Shown: positions 47,761 through 60,484 of the stretch, piece by piece | How the letters are laid out: each line of letters opens with the position of its first letter | Position numbering within the stretch: position 1 is the first letter of the stretch | NCBI GenBank assembly: GCA_043228905.1 | Contig: JBHGNT010000017.1 | Coordinates: 5,146,001 to 5,210,000 of the forward strand | Direction of reading: 5' to 3' | DNA: 64,000 nt | Source of the DNA: Azolla caroliniana | Taxonomy: Eukaryota > Plantae > Polypodiophyta | Program-made: the position numbers and the translations under genes | The notes under the pieces: generated by a model | Told to the model about the DNA's origin: nothing | Databases searched by the model: none | What the model saw: only the letters and a program-made list of their open reading frames with translations

Positions 47761-48640
47761 TGCCTTATGCACGTGATAAATATCTTGATACATTATTTTA
47801 TTTATTTATATGTAATTAAATCGGTTATATTATTTTTACTTTTTCACGTAGTGTACGAAATACACTACGACACTCGCCCCCGCCGAAGTCTCTGGAATCA
47901 GTGGTGGGGAAGTCTTGATATGGCCATCCGCCATTGGTTCATCCATAGCCACCTTCGATTCGATGTCATCTTTCGTGGCGACCTCCTCAATCAAGTCTTC
48001 CTTGCTCTCTTTCACTGCATCAATTATGCAAACATCAATTATTCTTACCCCTTTTTCACCCGATGTTTTGGACACTTGTAGTCCAAAATCTTCTTCTACA
48101 CTTGGGTTATCGGCCTTATCCTTCGTCATCGTTCTTTCGCAAGACAAGAGGGTAGCTTCTTTTACACCCTCTTCCGTCACACCATCATGTTGTATTTCGG
48201 CCTTCATATCGGCTCCATCGTTTGTCTCCAATCGACCATCCTTCATCGGCCATGTCGTTGACAAGATTCTCATCTTCCTCTCATCATGTCTCCGGCATAC
48301 CCTTTGGACTTCGGCCCAATCTTCGGTAAGACCATTCACACCGTCATTGTCTTCGAGTTCGATCCCGATGTCCATCCTTTCTTTTCGATCGATCGATTTT
48401 ACGAACATTAGGACTTTATCCTCTCCCACCAATCTTTGTTCCCGCTTCGAGAGTCGAGCAAAACGATGCTCGAGCTCTTCGGTAGGTCTTCTCCGATGCC
48501 ACTCATTCGTCGAATTCTCGTCGATCTTGTCCCTTCGATCTCTTGAAATCATATGCCTCTCGTAAAGCTTCTTCAAAGGACTCCCATGTCGGGTTTTGTT
48601 GCCCTATTTTGTGGATTCTCTCTTGTAACTCATCTGTGAC

Positions 48641-50728
48641 GGCATGTTCAAGCTCACTGGCTCCAACTACTCTATTTGGAAGTCGAAGATGAGGGATATG
48701 CTGGTGGTTAAAGATCTTTGGTTTTCGGTTTAGTTTGAGGACAAGAGACTAGATAAGATCGATGCCACAATGTGGGAGGTGATGCACATGAAGACGACGG
48801 CATACATCCGGTGCATCATCGACATGAGCCTGTACAACAACTTCAATGAGGGCTCATGAACTATGGGAGAAGATTAGCATTATGTTCTAGAACAAGAATG
48901 TTGTTAATCGGGTTTCAGTGTTCCGAAAACTAGTGAGGCTCCGGTACCAGGACGGTTGTAGTATGGCAGAGCACATGAATGTCTTCTAGGGACTGATCCA
49001 CCAAGAAACCTCGTTGGAAGTATTTCTCGCCGATGAGGTACTCGCATTACTCCTGCTCGGTTTCCTCCCGGATAGTAGGGAGACGCTAGTTGTCACGTTG
49101 GGCAACGTCGGGCTGGATATGTCATGACTTATGCAGGGGGAGTTGTTTCATGGCAGTCGAGGCTGCAGAAGACGGTTGCGTTGTCAACCACGGAGGCGGA
49201 GTACATGGCAGATGTAGAAGCCGACAAGGAGATAATCTGGATGAAGGACTCCATCGGAGAGCTTGGGATCCAACAGGAGGAATATCGACTCTACTGCGAC
49301 AGGCAAAGTGCCATCCACCTTGCAAAGAACGCGGCCTACCATTCCCAAACGAAACATATCCAGTGGAGGTACCACTGGATCCGGGAGAGAGTAGAAGATC
49401 AAGAGTTCGTGCTCATAAAGATACACACGCAAGGGAACGGGGCAGATATGCTGATCAAGGTGTTCACAACCGACAAGTTGGACGTGTGCCGAAAGCGGAT
49501 TGGGCTGGCGAAACATCCCATGCTGGAGTGAAGGGGGAGATTGTTGGGAAATCGGTCCCTCCCATGGTTATTTACGTATCCGTATTTAACGTTTAAATAC
49601 GTATAATACCTCATAATTTGTATAGTACGTACTATACCTCAATGTTTTTCAGTCAAATATCATGTACATTTGTCCAATACAATATTGATTGTACATTTGA
49701 AAAAACAGGTATAATACGTATTTATAAAAAAATGTAAGTAAAACCCCAACATAAAGCAAAAGAAAAAAAAATAGTGAAAAAGAAGCAAAAAGAAGAACAA
49801 AAGAGATGACGAAGAAGAAGAAGAAGGAAAAGAGACAAAAGAAGACTAAAACGTTTATTGAGTGTGATAATCGTTGACGATTCATCAATTTATGATGGCA
49901 TAATCATAAATAATTATAATTTGAAGTAGAATATCGTAATCTACACACACTAATGTATAGAACAAGTGAATGTCAGCATCCATATTAATATGTATTTTAG
50001 GATGTGATATGTTCAAATGTCTTATATGCATGTCAAGATGTAGAACTATAATGTACATCACAAAATTGTGTAAACATAGATGCTTTTTACAATATTACAA
50101 ATATTTTTTAGGAAGGTAAATAAATTTCAAATTCTAGAAGTATTTAACGTACTATATGTAAAATGCGTATTTTATGTATTTTATAAGTATTTAACATATT
50201 AAAATACGTATTTAATGTATTTTTAAATTGGGAGGTACTATACACGTATTAATACGTTAAATACATATGGTATCTGTACCGTATCCAACGTACCTAACAG
50301 CCTTGCTCCTTCCGGATGGGATCCGATTATGAATGAAGTGGACCCGGTGAGAATCGGAAGAGATCCGGAAACCGGATTGGACCGGAAACCGGATCGGATA
50401 GACCCAGTGAGAACCAGATGAGAAGACACATTTGTAAATATGTTTTGAGTAAGCCTATTGAGGCCATATTTGTAAATAGCCCTAAGTTCATATAAGTATA
50501 AATATGACTTAGGGCAATCACTTTGGGTAGTTGTCATATTATTGTATGTGTATAACTGATGCATAGAGAGAACACACACAGAGAGAGAGAGGAGATATAG
50601 AGCGATATACTCCGTTGTAACCACCGCTTGGCGAAGAAACGGAGCTCGAGGTCGTTCCTCCGCGTCTCGGATTATACCTTTCACATATAGCCATAGTTCA
50701 GAGCTTGTGCGCTCCCGTGGTTTTTCCT
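48641..50728 (+). mobile_element. Deleted Copia remnant: gag fragment, RNase H end, PPT, partial 3' LTR from 49542
   Basis: Gag matches 27447-27824; ORF 49124-49531 is RNase H; gaagggggagat then tgttggg. Confidence 0.85.
49563..50305. mobile_element. Non-autonomous hAT-like element (AT-rich) inserted in a Copia LTR
   Basis: Ends catggttatt and (reverse complement) caaggctgtt; decayed 8-bp TSD gtccctcc / ctccttcc; subterminal cgtat repeats; removing it restores the LTR. Confidence 0.72.
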
Positions 50729-50801
50729 TGTAACGGAATGGGAGGCAAGAGTGATTGCAATGCAGCGGAAGAAGATCGAGAGAGTGTGTGTGTGTGAGGC
50801 A

Positions 50802-50804
<3 letters not shown>

Positions 50805-50855
<51 letters not shown>
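50805..50855. repeat. (GA)n microsatellite inside LTR
   Basis: About 25 GA units. Confidence 0.95.
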
Positions 50856-50857
<2 letters not shown>

Positions 50858-51824
50858 CTTAAGGAAGAGATAGAAAAAAACTGTATATTAACCAAAATAC
50901 ATCAAAATATAGAACATCCAACAGTAACCAAGTTACAATGCGTTGGTTTATATACCAACTAAGCTAGGGCAGGTGCCCTTTCTACTATTTACAAAACTAG
51001 CCCAACATGTCCATGAGCTAGTGTGAAACCTATCTCTGGGAAGTTGAGTTCGACTCTCAACTTGCCCCTTCGAACACAACTTCTATCTGTCGAGAAGGTT
51101 GTTCAGTTCGTACTTCGACTTGTCTAGTCGGCTGTGTTACGTTGTCGTGAAGAAAACCGTCCACAAGCGGAATCGGTGCACAGGAGCGTAGGAACCGGCT
51201 CTTCTCGAATGTTGTCCGTAGAAGATCCTAGGCATGTAGATTTAGTGGGTAAGAAGTAAAGGGGAAATGGCTCCTTCCTTGCCTATAAAAGGAGGGAGAC
51301 GAGAAGGGGGAGGGGATTGCGGAGAGTCGAGGACGAAGTGCTGTCGGTTTGTGTGCGAAGGCTTCTCTCTCTCTCTCTGGTTCGCGAACTCCATAGCTTC
51401 CTTCTGTGCAGGTTTCGGGAGGCTCGCGCTGCTCTGAGGAATGCCCGAGTGCTTCCGGCAGCACCTCCAACCTGCTCCTGTCTTTCTGTGCGTTTACGAA
51501 CAGGCATCGGCATCTGTTCGCCGGCCTGTTCGGTTGTAACCGACTTCGTGTTTTTGTTGCTTCCGTGTTTTGTTGTTTGTCTCTGTTAATATATACATAC
51601 ATTCCTTCGTGTCTCTCTGTGTTGGTTTCCCGCTCGCGTCTTCGTGTCGAAGGGCCGTGTCCCTGTGGATCTACGCTCGCACCTAGTGGGTCTCATCCCT
51701 TCTCCTTTCTCTCTTGCTCTTCGGTACAAGACCCCCGAGGTCCCGCCTCATTCCACGCATCCGCGAGGAATACCTCGACATCTTTGGTGAACCCGACGTG
51801 AAGGAGGCGGCAGAAGAGCAGAAG

Positions 51825-53951
51825 ATGAAAGGATCGGATCTTGCGGAGGCCATGGCTTCGGCCGTGGATCGGATATTGAGCGCACACGAGGGCTCCGGCG
51901 CCCTCGACAGAGCCATTGAGGCGGTCGTCGGTACGATCGGCCGGTTTAGCGGAAAGGATGCCACGAAGTATTTGGCGTCCTACGGGGCAGAAATGCTGAT
52001 GCGGGACATTCCGGAAGAGAGGCGTCTTGCCGGGTTCCCTCGAGTGGCGATGCCGAGCATCCATGCGGAGGTGCTCGAGGTACGGGCGGAGAGCCGTACC
52101 TGGGAGGAGTTCGAAGGCCCACTCCTAGAAAAATACGAGGTGGACGACGCACTCCGGCTTTCGAAACGGGACTTCATGGAATGGGTGGAGTCCCCCGGCA
52201 AGGGAAGAAACGCGTCGGCACTCCTCCGGGAGTTTGAAGAACGCTTTGCGCGCCTTTCGGCACTTGACCGAACCATTCTGGATACGAGCCGGGTCCTACT
52301 GTTTGTCAAGTCGGTGGACGAGCGGGACCGGGATCAAGTCAGCTCCTTGCTGGAAACCGAAGACGGGCTGACGACCGACTGGGCTGCGGTTAAGAGAGTC
52401 TGTGGCCGTTTCGACAAACGGCGAGAATGGGCTGATACCGGGGCGGCCGGTGCGGGCTCTGTCACAACAAGGAGGCTTGAACCGGCACCGCAAATGCGAA
52501 GGGAAGAAACCCGGGAATGGCTCGAAACCGGTCCGGCTTCGACCGGCATGGTCAATGGCTCGTCCGGAGGGGCAGCGCTGGAGGAGTTGACGCGGGCGAT
52601 AAAGGATCTCCAAATCGCCCAGACTCGAAGGGAAGGCGGCGAACTGGCTCGTGACCGACGGCCGGCAGCAGGGAACAGGTGCATGTGGTGCGACGAGGTC
52701 GGCCACATCTGGAAGGACTGCGGCGATTTCGCAGAAGCGTTGAGGAACCGGGTGGTGTACCTGTGGGAAGGCCGGGTGCACGCCGGCGACACCAGAAGGG
52801 CCCTAAACCGAAACGACGGGCGAGGAGGTATGAAGAGACTGATGGAAGAGGCAGCGGCCCGACACGTCGAGGCCATCCACTACTCGGCGTCGGCCGGTAT
52901 TCGAGTCGGGGGCAGCGAGGCCCGAAAGGAGAGCAAGGACGGATTCTGGCCGGCAATGTTGGAAGGCCTCGCCGGCGCACGGCTGAGGAAAGATGAAACG
53001 GTCCGCGCTGAGAGACGGGTTCGGGAAATAACCGGGTGGAGCGACCCGGTCGAGGAGAAGACGGGCTTCGTAGAAGCCGCCTGCCGGAACTACGAGGCTC
53101 TGGTAGAAGACAAACGAGTGGGGAAAGCCGGATCGGCCGGGCCCTCACAACGGTACGAGACCCGATTCGGGCAGCGACGGAACAATGCCGGTGGGTCCAG
53201 CTCGCAAGATAACCCCAGGAAGGGCGGATACCGACTTGGGACGGAAATAGAAAGGACTACGGACCTACGAAAGGTCCTAGAAGAACGGATCCTCGACAGC
53301 AAAGTGGAGCTGTCATTGCGACAGGTGCTAGGGATCGCGAAGAAGGAGTTCCACGACTCCATTGTGGACCTAGTGAAACGGAAGAGGCTATCGACGGAGA
53401 CGGAACCGGAAAGACCGGTGGAGGTGCGGACGACGCACATCGACGACATGGCGCTGGAAGATGAGTGGGCGGAGAGCCACTATTCAAGGCCGCACTGGGC
53501 CCGAGCGACCACGGAGACCCTGATAAAGATCGGAGATGTTCAGGAACCGGTGGTGGCATTGGTGGACCACGGTTCGGAAATAAACCTGATGTCCATGGAC
53601 TTCTATAAGAAGGGGAAGTGGCCGATCAACACCAAGCATGGGTGGAAAATACGGGCAGCGACGCGCGCCACCGAGGAACTGCACGGGGCCTGCTCGAACG
53701 TGGGAGTCAAGATCGGCGACGTCGAGATTGACCAGCACTTCTTCGTACAGGAGACGTTCTCGCACCCGGTCATATTGGGGGAACCATACATCACGGCGGC
53801 GCGAATGGAGACCAAGGTGCTGGACAACGGTTCGGCCTACGCGAGGGTCAAAAGCTAGGACGGGCGCCATTCGGTCCAATTTCTGACGGTGCGACCAAAC
53901 CACGAACGGAACCACGAATCCCTCGGTGGCGAGAACCGGGAGGATTTTTAG
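51825..53951 (+). pseudogene. gag: Gag-protease ORF with one premature TAG at 53856
   Basis: CMWCDEVGHIWKDC knuckle; ALVDHGSEINLM...VILGEPY aspartic protease; frame continues to TAG at 53949-53951. Confidence 0.88.
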
Positions 53952-56900
53952 AGAGGGCTGCCAAGGCGTGGGGCCGAGATAGTCCGGACACTCGGGAAAG
54001 ACCCCACAGCTGTACGATAGAACCAAAACCGAAGAAACCTTGTACGATAGGTAGAAAATTTTGCTTCTCCAACGACGGAGGGTGTATGATAGTCGGCATC
54101 GTTGGCCGAGAGAAGGCAAGGGCGGAAGAGCGACTTCGAGCGTGCGGAGTTCTCGGCCCAGACGAGGAAATCAGCGGAGCCGTGGAGGCGGTCTCCTTTG
54201 ACGACACCTTGGGAATGCTGAGGAAGGTAGCCGAAGAAGGCCTTAACGAAGACCGGATGATACCGGTATGTTCCGAAGAGATGTACGAAGTCATCGCGAA
54301 CTTCAGTCGGGGGCTCGGGTCGGATCGGACGGCCCGAGTTAGCACGAAGTACAAGACTGTGGACCGGAAGGTAAGGCCAGTCGCGGCACCCTTACCGGAG
54401 GGCAGCGAGTCTCGAATCAGAGGGGTTGCGTCGGACCCCAGTTTGCGAGATCCGGCCTGCATAGGACACACCTTCACCGACGGGACGCTCCGGGACCTCA
54501 AGATCGGTGGGGGCGGGTTCCTAATGCCGGCGGAGGTAGACCGGTTTCGGAGAATGCTCGGAAGGCACGGAAAGGCCTTCGCATTCTCACCGGAAGAGAT
54601 CAGGTGCGTAGACCCGACGATCGTGGAGCCGATGGTGATATTCACGGTACTGCATGTGCCGTGGAATCTCAAGCCGATTCCGGTACCGAGAGCTCACATC
54701 CCGAAGTTGATGGAGCTATTGAGGTAGAAAGTGGATATGGGCATTCTCGAACCGTTGAGTGCCCCATACTCGAACCGATGGTTTACCGTACCAAAGAAAA
54801 ACGGAACGATGCGCTTCATTCAAGACCTGTAGCCGATCAACAGAGTGACCATTCGGAACGCAGGAATCGGACAGACCATAGACGAGTTTGCGGAGGCCTT
54901 CGCCGGAAGGTCGATTTACTCGGTCGGTGATCTGTACTCGGGGTACGACCAGTTCCAGCTAGCCATGGAGAGCAGAGACATTACGACGATGCGAACTCCC
55001 CTCGGCCTAGTGCGAATGTGTACCCTGCCACAAGGAGGGACCAACTCGGTGGCCCACATGGTGAATGCAATGAACAAGGTACTGAGGGATTGCATCCCGG
55101 ACATCACCATGCCATTTCTGGACGACATCCCGATAAAGGGGTGCCCGGTGGAAGAGAAGGACGAGACAGTCGGGCCGGACGGATGCCGGCGATTCGTGGC
55201 AACACACATCGACGACTGCGAGAAGGTGCTACAAAGGCTAGAGGATGCGAGGCTCACCTTCTCCGGGGAGAAATCGGCCTTCGGGCAATCGGAAATCTTG
55301 GTGGTCGGACACCTATGTGGACCATATGGCCGGAAGCCATCTCCGGCAAAGGTAGAAGCCATCTCCGCGATGAAGACCGACTGTAGCTCGGTTACGGAAG
55401 TTCGGAGGTTCCTGGGGGCATGCACGTTCTACCACATATGGATCCCGCATTACGCCCATGTTGCGGAGCCGCTATACGGGTTGCTGAAGAAAGGGCGAAA
55501 ATTCGAGTGGCGAAACGAGCACACGGAGTCGGTCCGGAAGCTGAAGGAAGCTCTTGCGGTAGCATCGGCGCTCCGGAAGGCTGTCTACGAGAAGGGTACC
55601 CCGGTATACATAACGGTGGATACGAGTCCGACCGGGATCGGATGGGTCGTCAACCAAGAAGACAGGGATGGCATTCGGTTCCCGATCCGATTCGGCGCGA
55701 AGGTCCTCAGTGAGCCACAACGAGGGTACGCCCAGGTAAAACGCGAACTCTGGGGTATCGTTTCGGCAGTAAAGGCCGACAAAGACTACCTGATCGGGAC
55801 AGAAGTGATTATTGAGACGGATTGCCTGCCAATTCTCGGCATGGTTTCCGGATGCGTGACACCGGACCTGGCGATGCTCAGGTGGATAGCGTACATCAAG
55901 TCCCTGAACCCGGAAATACGGCACATTTCCGGAAAGGACAACGCCATGGCCGACATGCTTTCGAGGGCGAGGTTTGATGACGAGGGCGGCATGGTTTCGG
56001 AGGACGAAGAAGTCGGCGTGGACTTCTTCGAGGCAGCGTACGTGACGACTGATGGGACGAGCACTCCGGCACTTAACGACTTCGACGAGAGCAAGTACGA
56101 CGGCGAGTGGCTCCAGATCGGCGGGTTTTTGAGGACAATGACGCCGAATGTGTCATGGACGAGGGACGAGGCCAACCGGATCCGGAAGAAAGCATACCGA
56201 TTCTTTCTCCAGGACGGATACTTATGGAGGCACCCGAAGAAGAGGGACGGCGTCCCGCTCCGGGTGGTGGCGATGAAGGAAGAACAGGAGGAGCTGCTGA
56301 CGGCCTACCACGACAGCCCTTGGGCCGGACACCGTGGAACGTGGGCCACGTTCGAGAAGATAAAGGGGAAGTACTGGTGGTCGGGATTGTACCGGGACAT
56401 GCATCGGTTCGTGACAACTTGCGAGAGCTGTCAGATGCACTCCGTAGTCCGACATTGGGACGAGCTTCACCCTACGTACCCTCCGACCATCCACTTCAAA
56501 TGGATGGTAGACCTGGTGACGATGCCGATGGGAGTAGGATAGATGCGGTATCTGGTCCTGGCTCGGGAAGATCTGACGAACCAGGTAGAAGGCCGGGCCC
56601 TTCAGAACAAAACGACCGCGGCCGTATGTCGGTTCCTGATTGAGGACGTGATATGCTGGTACGGGTGCGTCGGGAAGATCGTGGCTGATCGCGGGGAGTT
56701 GGACGCCGAAGAGGCCGAGGAGCTGTTCGACCGGCTAGGAGTCAAGCTCTCGCTTACCACTGCGTACAATCCGGAGGCGAATGGAAAGGTGGAGTGCAGA
56801 CACGGACCGATCGTCAAGGCGTTAGTTCGGGCATGCAGAGGTCAAGTCGGGAACTGGCCGCGGCTGCTGCCTTACGCGTTGTGGGCGGACCGAACTACGC

Positions 56901-57445
56901 ACAGTTCGGTAACCGGATTCATGCCGGCAGAACTCATGTTTGGGCAGAAGCCGGTCATTCCGATGGAACGTACGATCTCCTCGTGGGCAACCGTGGACTG
57001 GAGAAACGAGATGAGCCGGGAGGAACTGTTGGCGGTGCGCATACAACAGCTCGAGCGAAGACCGGAGGACGTGGAGCAGGCTGCGGAAAAGCTTCGGGAA
57101 GCAAGGATGAGGAACAAAGCTCGGTTCGACCGAACGCACCGGCTCCGACCGAAGAAGATCGAGGAGGGCGACTGGGTGCTAGTCTACGGCAGCAGCCTTG
57201 ACAACCAGCACCGAGCGACACGGAAGTTCGCAAGAAGGTGGTTCGGGCCTTACGTGGTACAAAGCGCCAACGACAACGGGACGTACCATCTGGCAGAACT
57301 CGACAGTACGAGAATGGCGATACCGGTAGCGGGGAAGCGGATCAAAGCGTTCAAGAAGCGTCACGACGACGAGCCGGATCTGGTTGACCTAGACCGCGAC
57401 GACGAACGATCCGAAACCGAGGAAGAACCGACGGGCGGGGAATGA
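53942..57445 (+). pseudogene. pol: pol (RT-RNase H-integrase) in the -1 frame, three premature TAG stops
   Basis: GDLYSGYDQF, LPQG, FLDD, VDTS, RELWG, NAMADMLSR, HHCC, ADRGE, NPEANGKVE, GPY; all pieces are in one frame. Confidence 0.92.
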
Positions 57446-58954
57446 AGGCTGGACCGGTTTTCTCCGTCCCAACTCAATTTGGCGCATGCCGGTGGATGCG
57501 CGGTTAGGTGGGGGCGGATGTCGTGAAGAAAACCGTCCACAAGCGGAATCGGTGCACAGGAGCGTAGGAACCGGCTCTTCTCGAATGTTGTCCGTAGAAG
57601 ATCCTAGGCATGTAGATTTAGTAGGTAGGAAGTAAAGGGGAAACGGCTCCTTCCTTGCCTATAAAAGGAGGGAGACGAGAAGGGGGAGGGGATCGCGGAG
57701 AGTCGAGGACGAAGTGTTGTCGGTTTGTGTGCGAAGGCTTCTCTCTCTCTCTCTGGTTCGCGAACTCCATAGCTTCCTTATGTGCAGGTTTCGGGAGGCT
57801 CGCGCTGCTTTGAGGAATGCCCGAGTGCTTCCGGCAGCACCTCCAACCTGCTCCTGTCTTTCTGTGCGTTTACGAACAGGCATTGGCATCTGCTCGCCGG
57901 CCTGTTCGGTTGTAACCGACTTCGTGTTTTTGTTGCTTCCGTGTTTTGTTGTTTGTCTCTGTTAATATATACATACATTCCTTCGTGTCTCTCTGTGTTG
58001 ATTTCCCGCTCGTGTCTTCGTGTCGAAGGGCCGTGTCCCTGTGGATCTACGCTCGCACCTAGTGGGTCTCTTCCCTTCTCCTTTCTCTCTTGCTCTTCGG
58101 TACAAGACCCCCGAGGTCCCGCCTCATTCCACACATCCGCGAGGAATACCTCGACAACGTACTCGCGTACTCGATCAATTCTGTATGTGTTGCATATCAT
58201 TGAATATTGTTTCCATGTCGCCTGTAATTGTACTCCCCCTCAAGGTTCGGCAATGTAGATGTCGTGAGACCAAGGTTGGATGCAAATTGCCCGAGCTTGT
58301 CGAATCCTAAGGCCTTCGTAAATATATCAACAACTTGGAGGTGCGTACTGGTATGTTGTAGATTGATCTCGCCAGCTTGTACGCGCTCGCGGATGAAGTG
58401 GTAATGCACTTCGATATGTTTATGCGGAATACAGATGTTTACGCGATTCGAATCCGGGTGGTTGTATCATGTATACCTCTTCTTCTAACTCTACTTGGAG
58501 GAAAGAATTTTTCACGTCCATCTAATGGAGGTGCCATCCCTTCACTGCGGCGAGGGCAATTACTGTCCGTACAGTTGTCGTCTTTGCCACCGGGGCAAAG
58601 GTTTCTTCGTAGTCTATGCCATGCGTTTGCGCGTAGCCTTTCGCAACGAGCTGTGCTTTGAAGTGATTTACGGATCCGTCGGCATTGTATTTTACTTTGT
58701 ATATCCATCCGCAGCCAATCTCTTTCTTGTTCGGGGGGAGAGGAACGAGATCCCATGTCTTGTTTTTGCATAAAGCTTCCATGTCTTCATTCATCCCGTC
58801 GATCAATCGCGGATCCTTTGTGGCTTCGGAAAGCGTTTCCGGTTCCCGTACTGACGCTACTTTCATCATAAAAGCGTAGTGATATGCCATGTACTCGTCA
58901 TAGATGGCTCGAGTATGGCGGAGCACATGAATGCCTTCCAGGGGCTGATACACT

Positions 58955-60484
58955 AGGCAACATCGTTGGATGTACCTCTCGCCGATGAGGTACTACCATT
59001 ACTCCTACTCGGTTCCCTCTCGGATAGCTAGGAGACGTTAGTTCTCACTTTGGGCAACGCCGGGCCGGAAGGAAAACAACTATCCCTAGCAAGAGTCAAT
59101 TCGAGCTTGCTAGATGAGGAGGTGTGTTGGAAAGACAAGGATACGAGCTCCGACTCCAAAGCGCTCCTTACTGAATCGGAACGCGGAAGACAAAGGAACC
59201 GGAGTCCCCAGAACCGGGAAAAGTCAGGGACACGGTCAAGTCAAGGGGAAGGCCCACTTCCTTCTACTGTGGGAAGCCGGGGCACTTCCAGAAGAACTGT
59301 CGGCATTTCTGGAAAGATAAGGAAACCGACAGCACCGATTCGAAGCGGTCACCGGACCGGAACAGTGTCGTGAAGATTCCGGGCTATGGTGAGAAACGAC
59401 AGAACAAATGCGTAAAGAAGGTAAATGCACGTATGCACAAACAATATGAGAGAGAGTAAGTACACAGTATGTTAATGTGAAAAACCCTGAGAGGGAAAAT
59501 CCACGGGAGCCCACAGACTCCAAACTATCACTATGTCAAAGAATACAACGGGAGGCAACGAACTCGTGCTCACACTCTTCGCCTGGCGGCGGTTACAACA
59601 AAGAATCACTTTGTATCTCTCTCTCCTCTCTCTCTCTCAGTTATGCTCTGTACAGTAGCTACACCAATAACACTATACAACAGAAAATGACAACACAATG
59701 ATACACACATATAGTGTTTGCCCTAGGTCATATTTATACTAATATGAGATTAGGACTATTTACAAATAGAGCCCCGGCTACCGAGTGTGGGATCCGGTTG
59801 ACAAGAAGGTTTTCCGGAGTCGAGATATTATCTTCATGGAGGACAAGACCCTTGCGGACTGGGAGTCAGAGAAGAAGATAATGAACTCCGAGTCGACCAG
59901 TAAGGATTGGACCGATGAGATTCGGACCTACCCGGCTAAAAACCGGTTGACACTTGAAGAACCGGCCGGTTACGGTGAGGATATTGAACCGGCAGAAGAA
60001 GGAGAGGAAGCTAAAACCGGAACCGGACAAGACCCCGAATCGGATTCGGATGAAGAACAAACACAGGAGCCAGTTACCGAAAACCGAGGATGGAGATATA
60101 CTCTCCGGGAAAGAAGAGCCCCCCGGCGATTTCCAGATGCAGAGCATGTGTTGCTGACCGATGAGGGGGAGCCCGAAAGCTTCGATGAAGCGAAGGATGA
60201 CACCCATAGCTGCAAGTGGTTGAGTGCCATGCAGGACGAGCTGGATTCCCTGCATGAGAACCACACGTATGAGTTGTTGGAGTCGCTGAAAGGAAAGAGG
60301 GCACTCCGAAACAAGTGGGTGTACAAGCTGAAACCGGGAGATGCCGGCAACCCCTCGAGATACAAAGCCAGGATCGTGGTGAAGGGGTTCCAGCAGAAGA
60401 AGGGCATAGACTTCGATGAGATATTTGCCCCGGTAGTAATGATGACTTCCATCTGGACGGTGCTGAGCATAACGGCAAGCATGG
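58955..60484. mobile_element. Mosaic of Copia fragments (gag +, LTR piece -, INT/RT piece +)
   Basis: 59050-59373 matches the gag of 26904-27431; 59366-59772 has LTR motifs; ORF 59785-60519 WDPVDKKVFRSRD...FAPVV. Confidence 0.82.

Larger units (their letters stand above)
44800..47872 (-). mobile_element. Young gag-only (TR-GAG-like) non-autonomous Gypsy
   Basis: 760-bp LTRs 44800-45559 and 47113-47872 (one mismatch seen); Trp PBS tggtgaacccgacgtga; PPT ggagggggcgag; no pol. Confidence 0.95.
30585..48640 (-). mobile_element. Gag-only Gypsy (Trp-primed family) acting as host: 3' LTR 30585-31333; internal pieces 31334-32082, 44514-44799 and 47881-48640; 5' end lost
   Basis: LTR homologous to 44800-45559; PPT ggagggggcgag; the gag reading frame continues across the nested LTR element (IPETSA...AFERQRET). 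Confidence 0.8.
51143..58156 (+). mobile_element. Full-length tRNA-Trp-primed non-chromovirus Ty3/Gypsy (possibly Phygy lineage), 4-bp TSD ACGT
   Basis: 638-bp LTRs 51143-51780 and 57519-58156; PBS tggtgaacccgacgtga at 51785; PPT aggtgggggcgga; acgt at 51139-51142 and 58157-58160. Confidence 0.96.
50729..58950 (-). mobile_element. Copia remnant: RT and RNase H fragments, PPT, and a 3' LTR (58232 to 50729) split by the Gypsy insertion
   Basis: TWDLVPLP...KAQLVAKGYAQTHGIDYEETFAPV; HYHFIRERV...DIFTKAL; gagggggag PPT; LTR ends ...gttaca. Confidence 0.75.

Noticed and set aside
51946-57364. Many overlapping alternate-frame and antisense ORFs
   Set aside because: Expected shadow ORFs of a GC-rich gag-pol sequence.
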